Below, one piece after another: positions 12,096 through 26,349 of a stretch of 64,000 nt of DNA. The stretch is from Isurus oxyrinchus (Eukaryota). The stretch covers positions 108,996,001 to 109,060,000 of the forward strand of contig JANJGN010000007.1 in NCBI GenBank assembly GCA_026770705.1. Reading direction: 5' to 3'. The translations under genes and the position numbers were made by a program. The stretch's first letter is position 1. Every line of letters starts with the position of its first letter. A model generated the notes under the pieces. That model made no database searches. It was given only the letters and a program-made list of their open reading frames with translations, and was not told the DNA's origin.

Positions 12096-12384
12096 ACTGT
12101 CTCACCAATGGCCTGTACAATTGTAACCAGACTTCCCTACTTTTCCAATCTGCTTGCAATAAAGGCCAATATCCCTCGTTCCTTCCTTGCTGCATCTGAA
12201 TGCTAACTTTTTGTGATTTGTGTACAAGGACACCAATATCCCTCTCTACCACAACATGCTGCAGAATCTCTCCAATTAAATAATATTTTGCATTCCCATC
12301 CTTCTTACGCATGTGCACAACCACACATTCTCCCATATTATACTCCATTTGCCAAATGTCTGCGCACTCACACAACCTATCTAC

Positions 12385-14670
12385 ATAGAAACACTGAAAC
12401 GTAGAAAATAAAATCAGCTGTACGTCATTCGGCTTTTCGAGCCTGTTCCGCCTTTCAATATGATCACGACTGATCCTCTATTTTACCGCCGTACTCCCGC
12501 TCTCTCCTCATTCCCCTTGATGATTTTAGAGTCCACAAAACTATTTCCTCCTTAAATATATTCAATATATTGCCTGCACAACCTTATGCGGTAGAGAATT
12601 CTACAGGTTCCCCACCATCTGAATGAAGAAATTTCTCCTCATCTGATTCCTAAATGGCTTACCCTGTTTCTTGAGATTATGACCCCATGCTCTAGGCCCC
12701 ACAACCAGACGAACGGTCACTCCTGCTTAACAGTCTGTCCAGCCCTTTCAGAATTCATTACGTTTCAATTAGATCCCCTCTAATTCGCCTGAACTCCACT
12801 GAATACAGGCCTAGGCGGCCCAATCACCCCTCATCTGACAATCCTGCCATCTCAGGAATCAGTCTGGTGAACTTTCGCTGCAATCCCTCTTTGGCAAGTA
12901 TATTCTTTATTAGGTAACCATACCAGAACTGCACACAATACTCCAGGTGTGGCCTCATCAATGTCCTGTATATCTGCAGCAAGACATCCAAAGACACCAC
13001 TTTGCAGTCCTCATAGATTGCTTTCTTACCAAATTTTGTACCCTCAGCAAATTTGCCCAGCACCCAATCGGCCCATGTCATTCATGCAGATTGTAAAAAG
13101 CTGAGTCCCCAGCATTGATCCCCGTGAAATTCCATTGGTTACAGTTTGCCAACCTGAAAATAATTCATTTGCCACGATTATCTGTTTCCTGTTATTTAGC
13201 CAAGCGCCTCTCAATACGAATATATTACCGCCAATACCATAAACCCTTATCACAGAATAACCTAATCTTAACGGCGCAGGAGGAGGCTATTCGGCCCACG
13301 GTGACTGCACCGGCTCTACAAGTAAGCATTATAGCCTCGTGACATTGCCCTGCCTTTTCCCTGCACTCCTGCACGTTGTTTCTATTCAAATAATCATCCA
13401 ATGCCTTCTTGAATGCCTCGAATGAACCTACCTCCAATAGAATTCCAGACAGTTCATTCGAGACCCGAACCACCCGTTGTCTCAAAAAAGCTTTCTCACG
13501 TCACATTTGCTTCTTTTGTAAATCACTTGAAATATTTGTCCCCCTGCCTTGATCGTTTTACAAGCAGGAGCATTTCTTCATATTTACTCTGTCCAGCCCA
13601 CATGATTTTAAAAGCTTCTATCAAGTCTCCTCTCAGCCTACTCGTTTCCAAGGGAAACAGTCCCAATTTTTCCAATGTATTCTCAGAGCTGAAGTTTCTC
13701 ATCCCTGGGACCATTCTTGTTAACATCTTCTGCACTCTCTCCAATGTGTTCACATACTTCTTATAATATGGTGCCCAGAACTGTAAATGACATTCCAACT
13801 GATATCTAACGCGCGTCTTTTATAAATTCAGCACAACCCATCGCTCTTGTATTCTGTGGCCCTAATAATAAAGTCCAAGATACTATATGTTTTATGAATT
13901 GCTCTGTCCACGTGTCCTGTCACCTTCCACGATCTATGCACATATACGCCCAAGTCTTTCTGCTCCTCTACCCCCTTTAAAATTACACACTTAATTTTAT
14001 ATTTTCTGCCCACCTGCTTCCTATCAAAATGCATCGCCTCTCATTCTCCGCACTGAACTTCATCTGCCACCTATCTGCCCACTCCACCAACTTCCCTGTG
14101 TCCCCTTGTCCAAACCGTCATCCCCGCAGTTCCTAACACTCTGAAGCTTCGTACCGTCCGCACACTTTGAAATAGGCCCCTGCACACCAAGGTTAATATA
14201 TATCAGGCAAAGCAAGTGTCCCAATACCGACTCCTGGGGAACTGCACTGCAAAGCTCCCTCCAGCCCAACAAACAACCATGACCATTACTGACAGCTTCC
14301 TATTATTCAGCCAATTTTTCATCCATGTCGCCATTGCCGCTTTTATACCATGAGCTTTTCTCACAAGTCGGAAGTGTGGCATGTACACGTTATCTTACAT
14401 CATGTTATGTAGTAAGTTTTTATATTGCATCCTTTTGAATGCTTTTTGGAAATCGAAAAACGTCAAATCTTCCAGCTCCACTTTCTTCACCCTAATGATT
14501 GCACCATCAAAAAATTCTAAGTAATTTGCCAAAAACACTTTCCCTTTCAATAATCCAAGTTGAGTATCCCTGATTGGATTGTCATTTTCTAAATTTCTAC
14601 AAAATACCTCCCAATTAATGCATTCTAGCATCTTCCCAATGAGAGCTGTTAGTCTTGGGCTCCAATTATG
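12385..14670 (-). mobile_element. Cluster of nested CR1 LINE fragments
   Basis: Repeated CR1 motifs: RPHLEYCVQFW, LERVQK..TRMVPG, RLRGDLIEAFKIM, QESVLG.LL..IYIN, DFQKAF; separate 3' ends near 12385 and 13255. Confidence 0.85.
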
Positions 14671-14989
14671 ACCAAGAATGTTGTCACGATAAAACAATAA
14701 TCTACCCGTAACCCGACTGTTATATTCTACAAGAGGAAAAATGCTGTTCAGGTCTTGCTGCAGTCAGGCCCGGTGTGTTTCAATAACTGAGAATTTGCAA
14801 ATGGTACTAAAGGCCGTGTAATCATGAGTGAAAATTCATACTTATGACGTTATGACGGCGGGAATGTGATTGACTAAGCAGTTGAAGATGGCTGCCCGTT
14901 GGGCTGAACCCGTAGGAGCTCGTGAGGTGACGTCCTGAGTCTGACATGATTGGGCTCCAACAAGCATTTCCTTTGCGCCAGTTATGATT

Positions 14990-16980
14990 CCAAACAGCGG
15001 AGGCTTTCCGCCTGAATCCTAATTACTTCAATTTTCCAAGGGCTTCTTGATGACACACTTGGACAATTGCTACTTTGGCGTCAGGGACAGCCGCCCTCAC
15101 TGAGCCTTTGGAATTCAGCACTTTTGCCCATGTTTTCACCTAGGTTGTATTGAGGACTGGGGCCTCGTGACCCTGGCGGAACCCAAACTGAGCATCAATG
15201 AGCAGCCGATTGCTTATTAAGTGTTCCTTAATAGCCCATCTGCAGGATGCATTGCAGTAACTTACCACTGCTCGCTGGCTATCACCTACCAAACCAACAC
15301 CCTCTACTACCTAGAAGGACAAGGCCTTGAGAACACCACCACCTTCTAGTTTCCCAGCAAGCCACACATCATGCTGACTTGGAACTATATCGCCCTTCCT
15401 TCATCGTCGCTGGGTCAAAATCCTTGAACCTCTTCCCAAGCAGTACATGAACTGCAGCGCTTCAGGAAAGCGGCTCATCACCAGGGCAATAAGAGATGGG
15501 AAATAAATGCTGGACCAGCCAGGGAAACTCACACCCCATGGACGAAAATAAATACCGCTCCACTACACCTTCCAGCACTTCTTCAATGATTGTGGGGTGG
15601 TTATTTACACATTCTAATTGATCCGTTTTCTGTGGACAGTGCATATCTGGGTAATGTTTCACCTTGTACGGTAAACGCCAGTGCTCTGACTTTACTAGGG
15701 CAGTTTGGCTGCTAATGTAGCTGGATGTCGAGCGAAGGCTTTCATCACTACAGCTGAGAAGTTGGCAGAGCTATGTTGCATCCAAAGCATTCAGTGGTTT
15801 CTCGCTGTGGCGTGGAGCCAATCGAATTAGCTGAAGATTGGCATCTGTAGTGTTTGGGATCTGAGGAAGAAGCCGACTTGAATCATCCCCTCGGTACTTC
15901 AGGCAGGAGATAACTGCGCATGCTTAGTAATTTGTCACGGAATTGGGGATTGATGGGGATGTTTGTGCAGCCTCCTTTTGCCGTTAGTTGTTTAATTGTC
16001 CATCAACATTCACGAAAGTATTTCGCAAGACTGCAGAGTTTTGATCTGATCCATTGGTCCCGAGATAACTTTGCTCGTTCGGCAACGAATAGTTTCCACT
16101 GTTTAAATGCATGTAGTCTTATGTTGTAGCTTCGCCAAGTTAGCATATCGCGTTCAGATACGTTTGGTGTTGCTCCTGGCCTGCACTCAGAAATTCCTCC
16201 TTGCACCAGAGTAGCTCCAATGGCTTAATGGTAAAGGTAGTCAGTGATATGCCGGACCATGATGTTGCCGGTTGTGATGAATAAAAGTCTGCTGCCTCTG
16301 ACGGCCTACAGCGCCTTTTGGATACTCAGCCCTGATGCACTGAGTCTGTTCCGAATCCAACCTATTTACCACGATTGGTAGTTCCACACAACGTAATGGA
16401 GGATGCCCTCAGTTTAAAGGTCGACATCTCTATAAGCACAGTACAGTGGTAATTTCTACCGACTGTGTAATAGCCAGGTGCATCTGCGACTGGTAGATTG
16501 GTGTGGACGAGGTCAAGTAGGTTTTCCTTCTTGCTAGCTCCCTCATCACATTCTGCAGACTCAGACTAGCAGACTTGGCCTTCAGTCATTAGACAGTTAT
16601 GTGAAATGGGCAGTTATCGAGCAATTCTCGGTGATGGACATTGAAATCTCCTATCAAGAGCACACTCTGTACCCTGTAGCTTCAGTGCTCATTCCAGATA
16701 GTGTTCAAGAGTGGAAAGCTCTGATTCATCAGTTGAGGGGCGACGGTAGGTTGTAATCAGAAGGAGCTTTCCTTAGCCACGTTTGACCAGGTGTCATTGC
16801 GCTTCATGTGGCAAGAAAATAAAACAGTGCTGAGGACTTCTAGGATCATTCTCTGTTGACCATAAACTACAATGACGTCAAATCTGGTGGGTCTGCCCTG
16901 CTGTTGGGACAGAGCTTGTCCAAGGATATTACTGGAGGAAGCTGGGACATTGCGTGTAAGTATGATTCAATGAGGATCAT
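14990..16980 (-). mobile_element. Degenerate non-LTR retrotransposon (CR1-group RT, second family), with a + strand 3' fragment at ~15238-15550
   Basis: Clearly similar to 61480-63200 (e.g. gaggtcaagtag, tgatggacattgaa, atcagttgaggg); its 3' tail gggcaataa..gatggg..ataaatgctgg is shared with the SINE at 40725. Confidence 0.65.
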
Positions 16981-17089
16981 TACGTCAAGCTCTTTCTGCA
17001 CTCCCAGTTTTTTTGCATAAGTCCGTAGATGTTATTGAGAAGGACTTTACATGTTAGACTGGGCAGGGCAAGCCCCTTTTTCATATTAA

Positions 17090-17256
17090 CATAAAAGCAA
17101 AATATTGCAGATGCTGGACATCTGAAACAAAAACAGAAAGTGCTGTAAAAACTCGCCCTCTGAAGAAGGGCATACGGATTCGAAAAGTTAGGTCTGCTTC
17201 TCTTTTCACAGACGCTGTTAGACTTGCTGAGTTTTTGCAGCATTTTCTGTTTTTGT
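17090..17256. mobile_element. Palindromic Penelope-derived non-autonomous element
   Basis: aaaaacagaaagtgctgtaaaaactc ... gagtttttgcagcattttctgttttt inverted arms around ctgaagaaggg..ttcgaaa. Confidence 0.75.
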
Positions 17257-17809
17257 CCCCTTTTTAAGATTATCTGTCTTTTCTGCAGCTGTTTGATGCA
17301 ACTAAGTTGCTTGCTAGCCGTTTCAGAGAGCAGTTACGAGTCAATCACATTGTTGTGTGGTTGAAGCCACTTGCAGACCACACCGTGTAAGGATGGCGGA
17401 TTTATTTCCCTAAAATAATAGTGGGGCGGGGGTGGGGTGGGGGGGGCAAACGATTTATTAGATGGAATCTCAATTCTTGATGACTTGCCAGTGACATCCA
17501 TCGGTATGCAACCTGTGAGGATGAAATATTTCCATTTGGATATCTCCCCCAACACATACACTGGCACACATCAACACACACAAATGCATGCACGCTTCTG
17601 CTTGCCAATTGACATGGTAGGGCAGCCGAAACCGAGGAATTTTCCACATAAGAGATAATCACTTTGAGGAAATAGGACAAGAGAGTGGAGCAAGAATAAA
17701 ATGAACGAATGGGGCTTATTCTCCTGTTTCCTCAATGAATGTAAAGAATGTGGGTGTCTAAATTTTTTGAAAATGACAGGATAAATGATGAGTAAGTGAA
17801 AAAATGTCA

Positions 17810-18170
17810 AGTGACCCTTGGCTTTATTAATGGAGCTATTGAATTAAAGGCAAGGGAGTTGTGTTAATATTTATAAAGAACTAGTTAGGCCTCAACTGGA
17901 GTGCTATGTACAACTCTGCTTACCATGCTTTAGAAAAGATGGCAAGGACTTACAGGGCATGCAGAAGAGATTTGCTGGAATGGTAGAATGCCGAGGTTGG
18001 ACGACATAATTTATGAGGAAAGACTGGTGAAGCTGTGCTTAGGCTCCTTAGAGTCTAGAAGGTTAAGAGCGGATTTGCCCCCCGCATTCGAAATTTTGAA
18101 CAGTTTTAACAGATTAAATAAGGCGAAACTGAACCCGGTTGTAAAAGGGTCGATTAATCAAAGGACAGCG
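17810..18170 (+). mobile_element. CR1 fragment
   Basis: LVRPQLECYVQL and YEERLVKL.L.SLESRRLRADL motifs. Confidence 0.75.
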
Positions 18171-19289
18171 ATTTATGCTAGGAAAGGTGTTAGATCTTTG
18201 CAGTGAATATTAAATTAAGTGGCCTACATTCTGAACTAACTGCGGATACATTGTTGAAAGGTAAACTATTATACAACACTCAGGGCTGTGGATTAGCAAC
18301 ATAGAAATACAAATTCGTAATAGCAATTAAATGCATCATGTAATAAATCAGGTAGTCGCTTCGGCTACTTCTGAAGGACCGAAATTGTGGTCACGGTTTG
18401 ATTGGTGAAGTATGATTTTTCACATCAACTGTCAGCCCCCATTGAACCCCAGCAACTGGCCAACTCTTCGCCGCTAAATAGGAATCCTTTATTTCCGCTG
18501 AGAATTACAAAGAAAGCCCTCAAATGAGTTCACGAGGGCCACAACTGTAGCAGGGGCAGAACTCCACAACATTGGCCCACATAACTTTTGCGGTTGTTTG
18601 TGATGGTGTCCGTTTCGGCTACTGAAATTCGGAGAGGGAGAACAAAGTTACATGACACTTCCGTTTAGACAAGCTTACAGTTCTTAGGAAGAAGTAAGCA
18701 AAGTTTACAATGGGTCAGGAAGCAGCAAACAGCACAAGAATATGTCAGCGATCAATAACATGATATATACATGAAAATTTGGATTGAGAGAAAATAAAAT
18801 CTTCATTGTTGGAGATATGAAATATAGAATATTGTAATTACATTAAAGATTTACAGGATTTATAAAAAAACGTCTTGAGCTACATTAGAGTTGACAGCTC
18901 TATTTCGATATATTATTGAAGATTCGATCAGGCGACATCGCGCACATGCTGCGTAGTCACACAGGGCCGAAAATCGGCTATTTAGCTCTTCCAGCGTGTT
19001 TTGCCATTCAATGGGATGATGAGTGATCTCCAACCTAATAATTGACATTCCGTTGCGTGACACGTGCTTGCCACTTGCAAATGCTACAAGAGCAACTTAC
19101 TGTGGTTGCTGGACAGCTGAACTAAACACAAAAAGTGCTGGAAATGAGCAGCACTTCACACAGAATCTGTGGAAGTAGAAAGAGAGTTGCCCTTTCAGGA
19201 CTGCGTCTTTTCACCAGAATGGGGAGAAGTTAGAAATGTAACAGGTTTTCAGCTAAGGGAAATACCTAGGAAAAATATGTTGTGACGAG

Positions 19290-20140
19290 AGCATGAGGAG
19301 GTTGCAGATGCAAATAGATAGGTTGCGTGAGCAAGCAAAGATCTGGAAAATGGGGTTTTACGTGGGAAAATGTGAAGTTGTTCACTTTGTGAGGAAGAAA
19401 AGGAAAGGAGAGTATTACTTAAATTGAGAACAGCTTCATAGGTCTGAGGTGCACAGGGGTCTCGGTGTTCATATATATGAGTCACAGAAAGTTAGTGTGC
19501 ATGTGCGGCAAAGAAGTAAGAAGGCAAATGGAATGCTATCCTTAATTACGAAAGGGACCAAACATAAACGCGAGAATGTTATTCTTCAATAATACACGGT
19601 ATTGGTGAGACCGCAGCTCGTACACTGTGTGCAGTTTTGGTCTCCTTGTTAAGGAAAGAAGTAAATGCATTGGAGGCGGCTCAAAGGATGTTTACTAGAT
19701 TGATACCTGGAATGAGGTTGGGCAACATGGGATTGTTTCCACTGGAGTTCAGAAGAGTTAGGGATGATTTGATTGAAGTATACAAGACCCTGAACACCCT
19801 TGGCAAGGTGGATATTGAAAGGATGTTTCCTCTTGTGGGTGTGTCCAGAACTAGGGGCCAATACTTTAAAATTAGTGGTCGCACTTTTAGGGCAGAGGTG
19901 AGGAGATTTCTTTTTCACTCAGAGGGTTATGCCTCAGAAAGTGGTGGAACGGAGTCATTAAATATATTTAAGGCAGAGGAAGACAGATTGTTGTTAGGTA
20001 AGAGAGTCAAGGGTTATCGGCATGAGATGGGAATGTGGAAATTCAGGAAGATCAGCCATGATCTTTCTGGATGGCGTAGCAGCCTCGAGGCGCGGAATGC
20101 TCTACTCCTGTTCCTATTCATTGTGCTCTTATGTTCTAAG
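19290..20140 (+). mobile_element. CR1 3' fragment
   Basis: ALEAAQRMFTRLIPGM..LEFRRVRDDLIEVYK..MFPLVGVSRTRG. Confidence 0.85.
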
Positions 20141-20569
20141 GCGAGGCTGAGAATACAACAAAACAGGTCTGTAATAGGTTGCGAGACAGGAGAGATTAGA
20201 AAGTAGAAGTGTTATTCTTGCAGAATCGAAAAAAGTTGAAATAAGGCAAGAAAACAAATAAAGAAACTGGACATCTGCTCGGAGGCGTTATACTGCCGTT
20301 GGAAAGCAATACCAAGAGGGAGACCGAAACATGCGAGAAAGGGAAATAAGATGATGGAACAGATTACGGTCTGATATTCTGACACCCAATTTTGAGTCCA
20401 GAACGCTGTAAAGTATCTGATCGAAAGATGAGTCGCTAGTTCTCGATCTTAGTTTCGGCCTCATTGGAACGATGCAGAAAGCCGAGCACAGAGAGGTTAG
20501 CATGAATCAAGGCAGTGAATTTAGGCGAGTTCGGGTTCACGCTTGCAAATGTTATTGCATTTGCAATAC

Positions 20570-20695
20570 AAAGCGAAATACTGCGGATGTTGGAAACCTG
20601 AAATGCAAAGAAAAAATGTTGGAAATGCTCAGCAGGCCAGGCACCATCTGTGGAGGGAAATAGTTAACGCTTTCGGCCTGCATGGCCTTTCGTTT
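20570..20695 (-). mobile_element. Penelope terminal-repeat fragment
   Basis: ctgcggatgttggaaacctgaaat..ggaaatgctcagcaggccaggcaccatctgtggag. Confidence 0.65.
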
Positions 20696-22369
20696 ACATT
20701 CAGTTGAGTTTCTTAATATCACCTAGCTAAGAATACCAGGTTTCACTTTTTGTTCTTCATTGAACTGAATGCCAAATTTATTACGTTAAATTACCATGAT
20801 AGAAGCCTTTCATGGTAAATAATGTTTAAATACAAACGGACTTTGTGATCCTTCTACCGCATTAACACTATTTCACTGACATGTATGCTTTGCTTGAAGG
20901 CAGGATCCTTCTCTCATTATCTGCTGATGTTTAACCCTGAGCATTTTTTCTTGTCAGTTTTTGACAGTGCAGGCTTGCCATTGCCTTCCACCGTCAGGGG
21001 CAGGGCGGGAAGACAGGCCCCATGTCCACCTCAACCAAAACGGTTCCGAAGTCGTGCTTTTAGCATTATCCTGAAGCACATGCTAGCCATCTAGTCAACT
21101 GAGCTAACCAGCCCCATTACCAAAAGTAATAGCTACTAGCAATTCAAATTCTAACTGAAGTTTTAGTAATATTTTATGATTTATTCCAATGCCTAACAAC
21201 AATAAATAAAAGATGAATTCATTTAATGTACTGACACTTACCCCCCCCCCCCCCCCACCCCCCACCGCTGACGCCAAGCTTCAGGGAACTGTGGCTCAGT
21301 CCACAGAAAACAGCGCCAGGGAACTTGCCCAGTTCTCTCACAACACGTGATTTTCAGGATATTTCCTTGAATACCAATGCCGCCATCCTGAAAACCGGCA
21401 ATGGAGCAGTGATTCAGAATACCGGCTGGACCAGCAGGGCCCTGACAACACGACTTAGTTGAAAGCTTCAGCAACAAGGTATGAACGGCGCAAACAAGAC
21501 TGTCTCTCGCAGGTCGCCAGCAACAGCGGCCGAGGGACCTATATCCCATTTTATTGGTTCCTGTTGAAAGCGGCAGGATTGGGAACCCGAACTCCCTGTC
21601 TAGTTCTTAATCTAGTGCGAACCTCGTCCGCAAGGGAGTGGAGAACCGTTGTAGGATTGCCCAAAACTTAAAAAGGGAGACTGACACAAAGACACAATAT
21701 GCAATATTTTTTTCCGCTCGTCAGTTTTACAGACTCAACGCCAAGAATTTTTTTAGAATGTAAACTAAGTCGGTTTGAACGCTTTATGCATTTTTAAAGT
21801 TGCTAGTTTTGCTGCTTGCAACAGGAAAATGTGTCTGCTTTTGGGTCAAGATGCATTAAGGTCGCAGCTAGGTTAAAACCAACTCTAACAAGGTAGGGTC
21901 TCGTGGGTACTAGTTCACCAACTTTTATTTATATGCAGCAAAGCAATACGTGAAGAGTAAACTAAAGTTTTGCGCAAGTAACCTCATTTTTTCCATGTTT
22001 CACCATTGTTCCTCAGTTGGAGGTTGGAAATATTTCCAAAGAAATGAAGAAAGAAACGAAGAAAGAGAAAATGGTCAGAATAACGTGCGCTGATTTTATT
22101 TCTGGATTTTTTAAAGCCGATTTCTGAAATGATCGGAAAGGTTTACTGTGCCAGATGACACTTTCCATTTCAAGACTTGGCACGGCTCATCATTCATCGG
22201 TATCAGCTGTGCAAACTCTTCACCGGGAGAATAGCACCAGAAGCAGCAGTTACTGTTTTTGATGGTGGTGTATTCATCCAGCTGGATAGAAGAATGCAGG
22301 CTATAATACAGATATCCTCCTGATTGAGCTGCACGCAACTTAGATTTAAATAATCACGCTAATACAAAG

Positions 22370-22800
22370 AAGTCCGCTTTGGCTCGGTGTTAACATCCTT
22401 CCCCAATGAGCCAGAGTGCTGTGTGCCCCTTTCCACTCCATAATCCTCAACACTACAATGCGGTACTAAAATAATACTGCGCAGACGGTTGTGCCTTTCC
22501 CATGGGACAATGAAACAAGCCTCCCTTTTTCATCACAGATGAATAAAAATACTTCTACCGAGCGACGGAAAGATGAACAGGGAGTTCTCTCAGGTTTCCT
22601 AACTAATATCTATCCCTTATGCAACATCCCCAAAGAAACACATTGATTTTCTGTTGATTAGCACACTGCTGTTTCTCGGGCCTCGCAGTGGACATACTGC
22701 TGTCCATGTAGTACAAGAGTGATTAAATTGCAATAAGTGCTTCATCAGCTGTAAAATCTTTTGGGGATGCCTCACGTTCATGAATGGTGTTCTATAAACA
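22370..22800 (+). mobile_element. tRNA-derived Deu-domain-type SINE remnant
   Basis: Degenerate tRNA head (ggctcggtgtt), central region shared with 37500-37870, L2-type tail (tgtaaaatc.tttggggatg). Confidence 0.5.
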
Positions 22801-23030
22801 TTACTCCTTTTCTACGAATGATGTCCTTTCTTATTCTATTTGCAATAGGTATTGTTCATTGATCATGATGTGCATCATAAAATCGTCATCTTAACTGTCG
22901 TTAACAGAAGTGAAATGTTCGGCATGTCCCTGCACTTTGAAATTTACATCGGACCAATCCCTACAACGCACCACAACGTTGAATTGATTATTGACATATA
23001 AAACATTCTGGCATAAAAGAGATAGACATA

Positions 23031-23066
23031 CATATATATCTATATATATATATATATATATATATA
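23031..23066. repeat. (TA)n microsatellite
   Basis: Direct reading. Confidence 0.95.
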
Positions 23067-26000
23067 CTTTTAACACAATCTGAGAGAGATAATTTAATTT
23101 TTTTAAAACGTAAATTAGTAACAATTTATGGTAATGGGGCATAGCAATCATAAATATTTAATGCACTTTTAATAGCAATTAGAGAGATCATTTTGGTAGT
23201 TGAGGGATGCTATTGCAGGAACAAAACCTCTCCTGAGCAATTTTATTCAGAAAGTACCAGCGAAATCTTCCATTCCTGAGGTGTTGTTCTAACCAACACT
23301 TAATTAAGCATGAAAATCTCTCCCTCTGTCTCCTCGGGTGAATCCTGAAATCATCCTATTCCATATGGAGTTCTTCTGCTCCACTGATCAACACTCAAAA
23401 GAGCGCAACAGAGTCCAGACGATCTGCAGAAACATCTCGTTTTAATCATTAATAATCTGAGAATTTCGTGTTTTGTGTTTCATTAAAAAAAAGCGCTCGT
23501 GTTGTCTATTTTCTGTTATCAGTGAATATTGAGAAGACAGATTCTGCCAACATGTGCAGAATGCATCAAAACATGAGGGTTCTCTACTAACACTGCCTAA
23601 AATATGCTGTTAATCGTACAGATTGGAATTTATGCATTAACATTGATTGTACAACACCTTAGTTTCCGTGGTGAAGAATTCAAGTCGCGTTAATTTCAGC
23701 AAAGTAACTTTCTTCAGCGCGGGAACCAAGTGCTGGAATGTTACCACGTCATAAAAGGCTTATATTGGCAAGTTACGGGGTGTAGATTTTTTAAGAATCC
23801 ATACATCGAGGAAACTAAATCGGAGTTCATACTTGACGTAATTTCAGGCACTTGGTGAATTGAGTTTTGCGGCCTCAAGCAAGTTATCAGTGGGGAAAAG
23901 TGCACGAAATATGGTATGGACATGGGAACAGGAGTTGGCCATCTGTCCCCTCGTACCTGGCCCACCATCAATTAGATCATGGCTGCCATGTACCTCAAAG
24001 CAATTTGTCCAGTTTATCCCCATAATCCTTGATAGCCATTCCGAATGAAAATTGATCCATCCCAAAACTGAGAACTCGAATTGGCAATTTGGTGAGAAGG
24101 AACCTATCTCAACCTATTTATTAATTTCAGTCCAAGATTTAAGCATATGTACTATTTCAGTATCTTGCTTCAATAATAATGTTATCTGCATTCGGGAAAC
24201 ACTCATTGGATGAAACACTTCGAAATCGCATGATACTAATGAAGCAAATGACATTGACCTTGGGCCGTAGCGCATAACGCGTGATTGTAAATTGGGAGCT
24301 GATGCACTCCGTGTTCAATGGAAACGAAATTCCGAAGGTGCATAAATGGAATTTGGTATCACCAGTTTTAGCTCATCGATATTAAGGTCAAATTGCATAT
24401 ATCACACAGCTCAAAATTCGTCACGCCCGCTGCAATGACGGTTAGTACACAATACGTTGGCAACAATTAGCACAGCTAACAGATTTGTGACAATGTTCTA
24501 TTTTGCTATAATGCACTTGAGAATCGGTAGCACTAGCACGTAGAACATCAAATGAACTACTTCATTAATTCTTTAACACCAGCTCTCTTTCCGATATCGA
24601 TAAATATTTCGCTGTCGCAGTTCCAGCAAGAAAGATAGGGTATATGGAAACAATTACACCTCTGGCAACTCTCTGGAGTATTGGAGATTGATCTGATTTA
24701 TTTTAAACTACTTCAAAAGATTATCAGAAAAATAAACAAAATTGCTGATACAATGTGTATATTTTTCAAAACAAATATTAAAACATCATTTAAAGGGAAT
24801 CAAGAAAACTAACCGAATTAATAGCGCAATCAGAAAAATGGAAGAAACGAAGTTCAAGTTACGTGACGAATTTTGTTGCATTCGCCTTTTTCGCGAAGCA
24901 TGAAGCTGCAACGTAAACAAACCCAGCTCTGTAAAGAATGCGCTACAAGGTATGCGCAGAAGCAATGAACTTACCCTATTCTCAGTGCCGGACATCAAAC
25001 CTCGCAAATATTGCTCAAAATCATCAATCCCCTAGGATGCAGAAGCCACGGATTTAGACATAGGTAATGCATCCAATTGTACAATGTTTAGTGATGCATT
25101 TCCTTTATTAAGCCAAATTATACCAATAGGATTGACAATAGCATCTGTGATCGGAACTAGCTCGGTTTCGAATGAAAGCATAGGGAACGATATGTTTTTT
25201 TTTGCCGAAATCAACCCTGTTTCTGTTCGTTACTGGGCCCTGTTTCATAAACCGGTCCTAAAGTTGATTGGTGTTGAACGATAATTAATTTGGTGAGTAC
25301 AGCTGGAGGAGTGCTTCTTTCCGGTAATAGTGTGAAAGGGACATCCTAAACACAGAGTAAAGAATTGGAATGTGCTGTAGTTCTGGCGAGATCCTAAGAG
25401 CATTGGAAAAGACACTCCAGTATGAGAGGTGAGGGTCAGGCTAATATTGTGGGCAGGAAGCCGTGCAGACTCACTGTTTCATACACGTGCAGCTCTCTTG
25501 CGCCAAAACACGCAATCTTTAAGTTCCTGTAACATAACTGCGTTCAGATTGCAATTCTCCATAGGCACAAACGCTGAGGAAACTCCGAGATGTGAGAGCT
25601 GATTTCTTGTTTGAGTGTGTGCGTTTGTGTGTGTGTGGTGATAAAACTCTGGTAATTGCCCGAGTCGTCGTTTTGTTCAGTCGTTTCCTACAGCACACTT
25701 TGACCAACGTCATAAAATTATCCGTGCATTGAATGCTGATGCACATTATGCCAACCTATCGAGTTCGCTATGTTAATGTGATTAAGTACGGGTGCAACAA
25801 TGCAGTAACTAACATTCTACTGTAAATGAGAGGAGCTTGTTTGTCAGATCCATGATTGTGCAAATATAACAAAATGCTGGTCTTCGTCCATGATGGTACC
25901 GTACCGCATATACTGGCTTGCCTGCGTCATCCTTTTTAACCCACTTGTATTATCTCCCATCGGCGTTGAAGCTTACAAATGAGAAAATGCATTGAGAGGA

Positions 26001-26200
26001 ACTATGTACTCTGCCTCATTGTGCGGGGTATAACAACATCTCCTAATTCCTGTTGCCTAATTATATCGTAAGATCCACCTGAATTCACAGCCAATGACCT
26101 AATGGCTTCTTCGAAATGGTTGCAATGTCTTACGTGGCCTATGAGTATCCCATTAGCAGTCTCTCCCCAACACATGCCACCTGTGAGTTCATGGTGCAAT

Positions 26201-26349
26201 TGTAACTCTTTTGAGTACAAACACGTTTCCATCTGTTCCTATTCAGATGAAATTACATTGTTTCATGATTTGCTATGGTGAGATTTGAACTCTTGATCTT
26301 GGGGTTACAAGCCCAGTACCATAACCACTTGGCTATTTAGGCCAAGCCC
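26201..26349 (-). mobile_element. tRNA-Thr(TGT)-derived SINE with TSD
   Basis: Reverse complement of the 52698-52844 unit; flanked by catggtgcaattgta at 26190-26204 and 26350-26364. Confidence 0.85.

Larger units (their letters stand above)
10010..12385 (-). mobile_element. CR1 LINE fragment interrupted by a Penelope insertion
   Basis: WQMEYN..C.VVHM..ERDIGVLVHKSQKVS..LYRPLVR on the minus strand continues across the TSD into 10010-10590. Confidence 0.8.
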
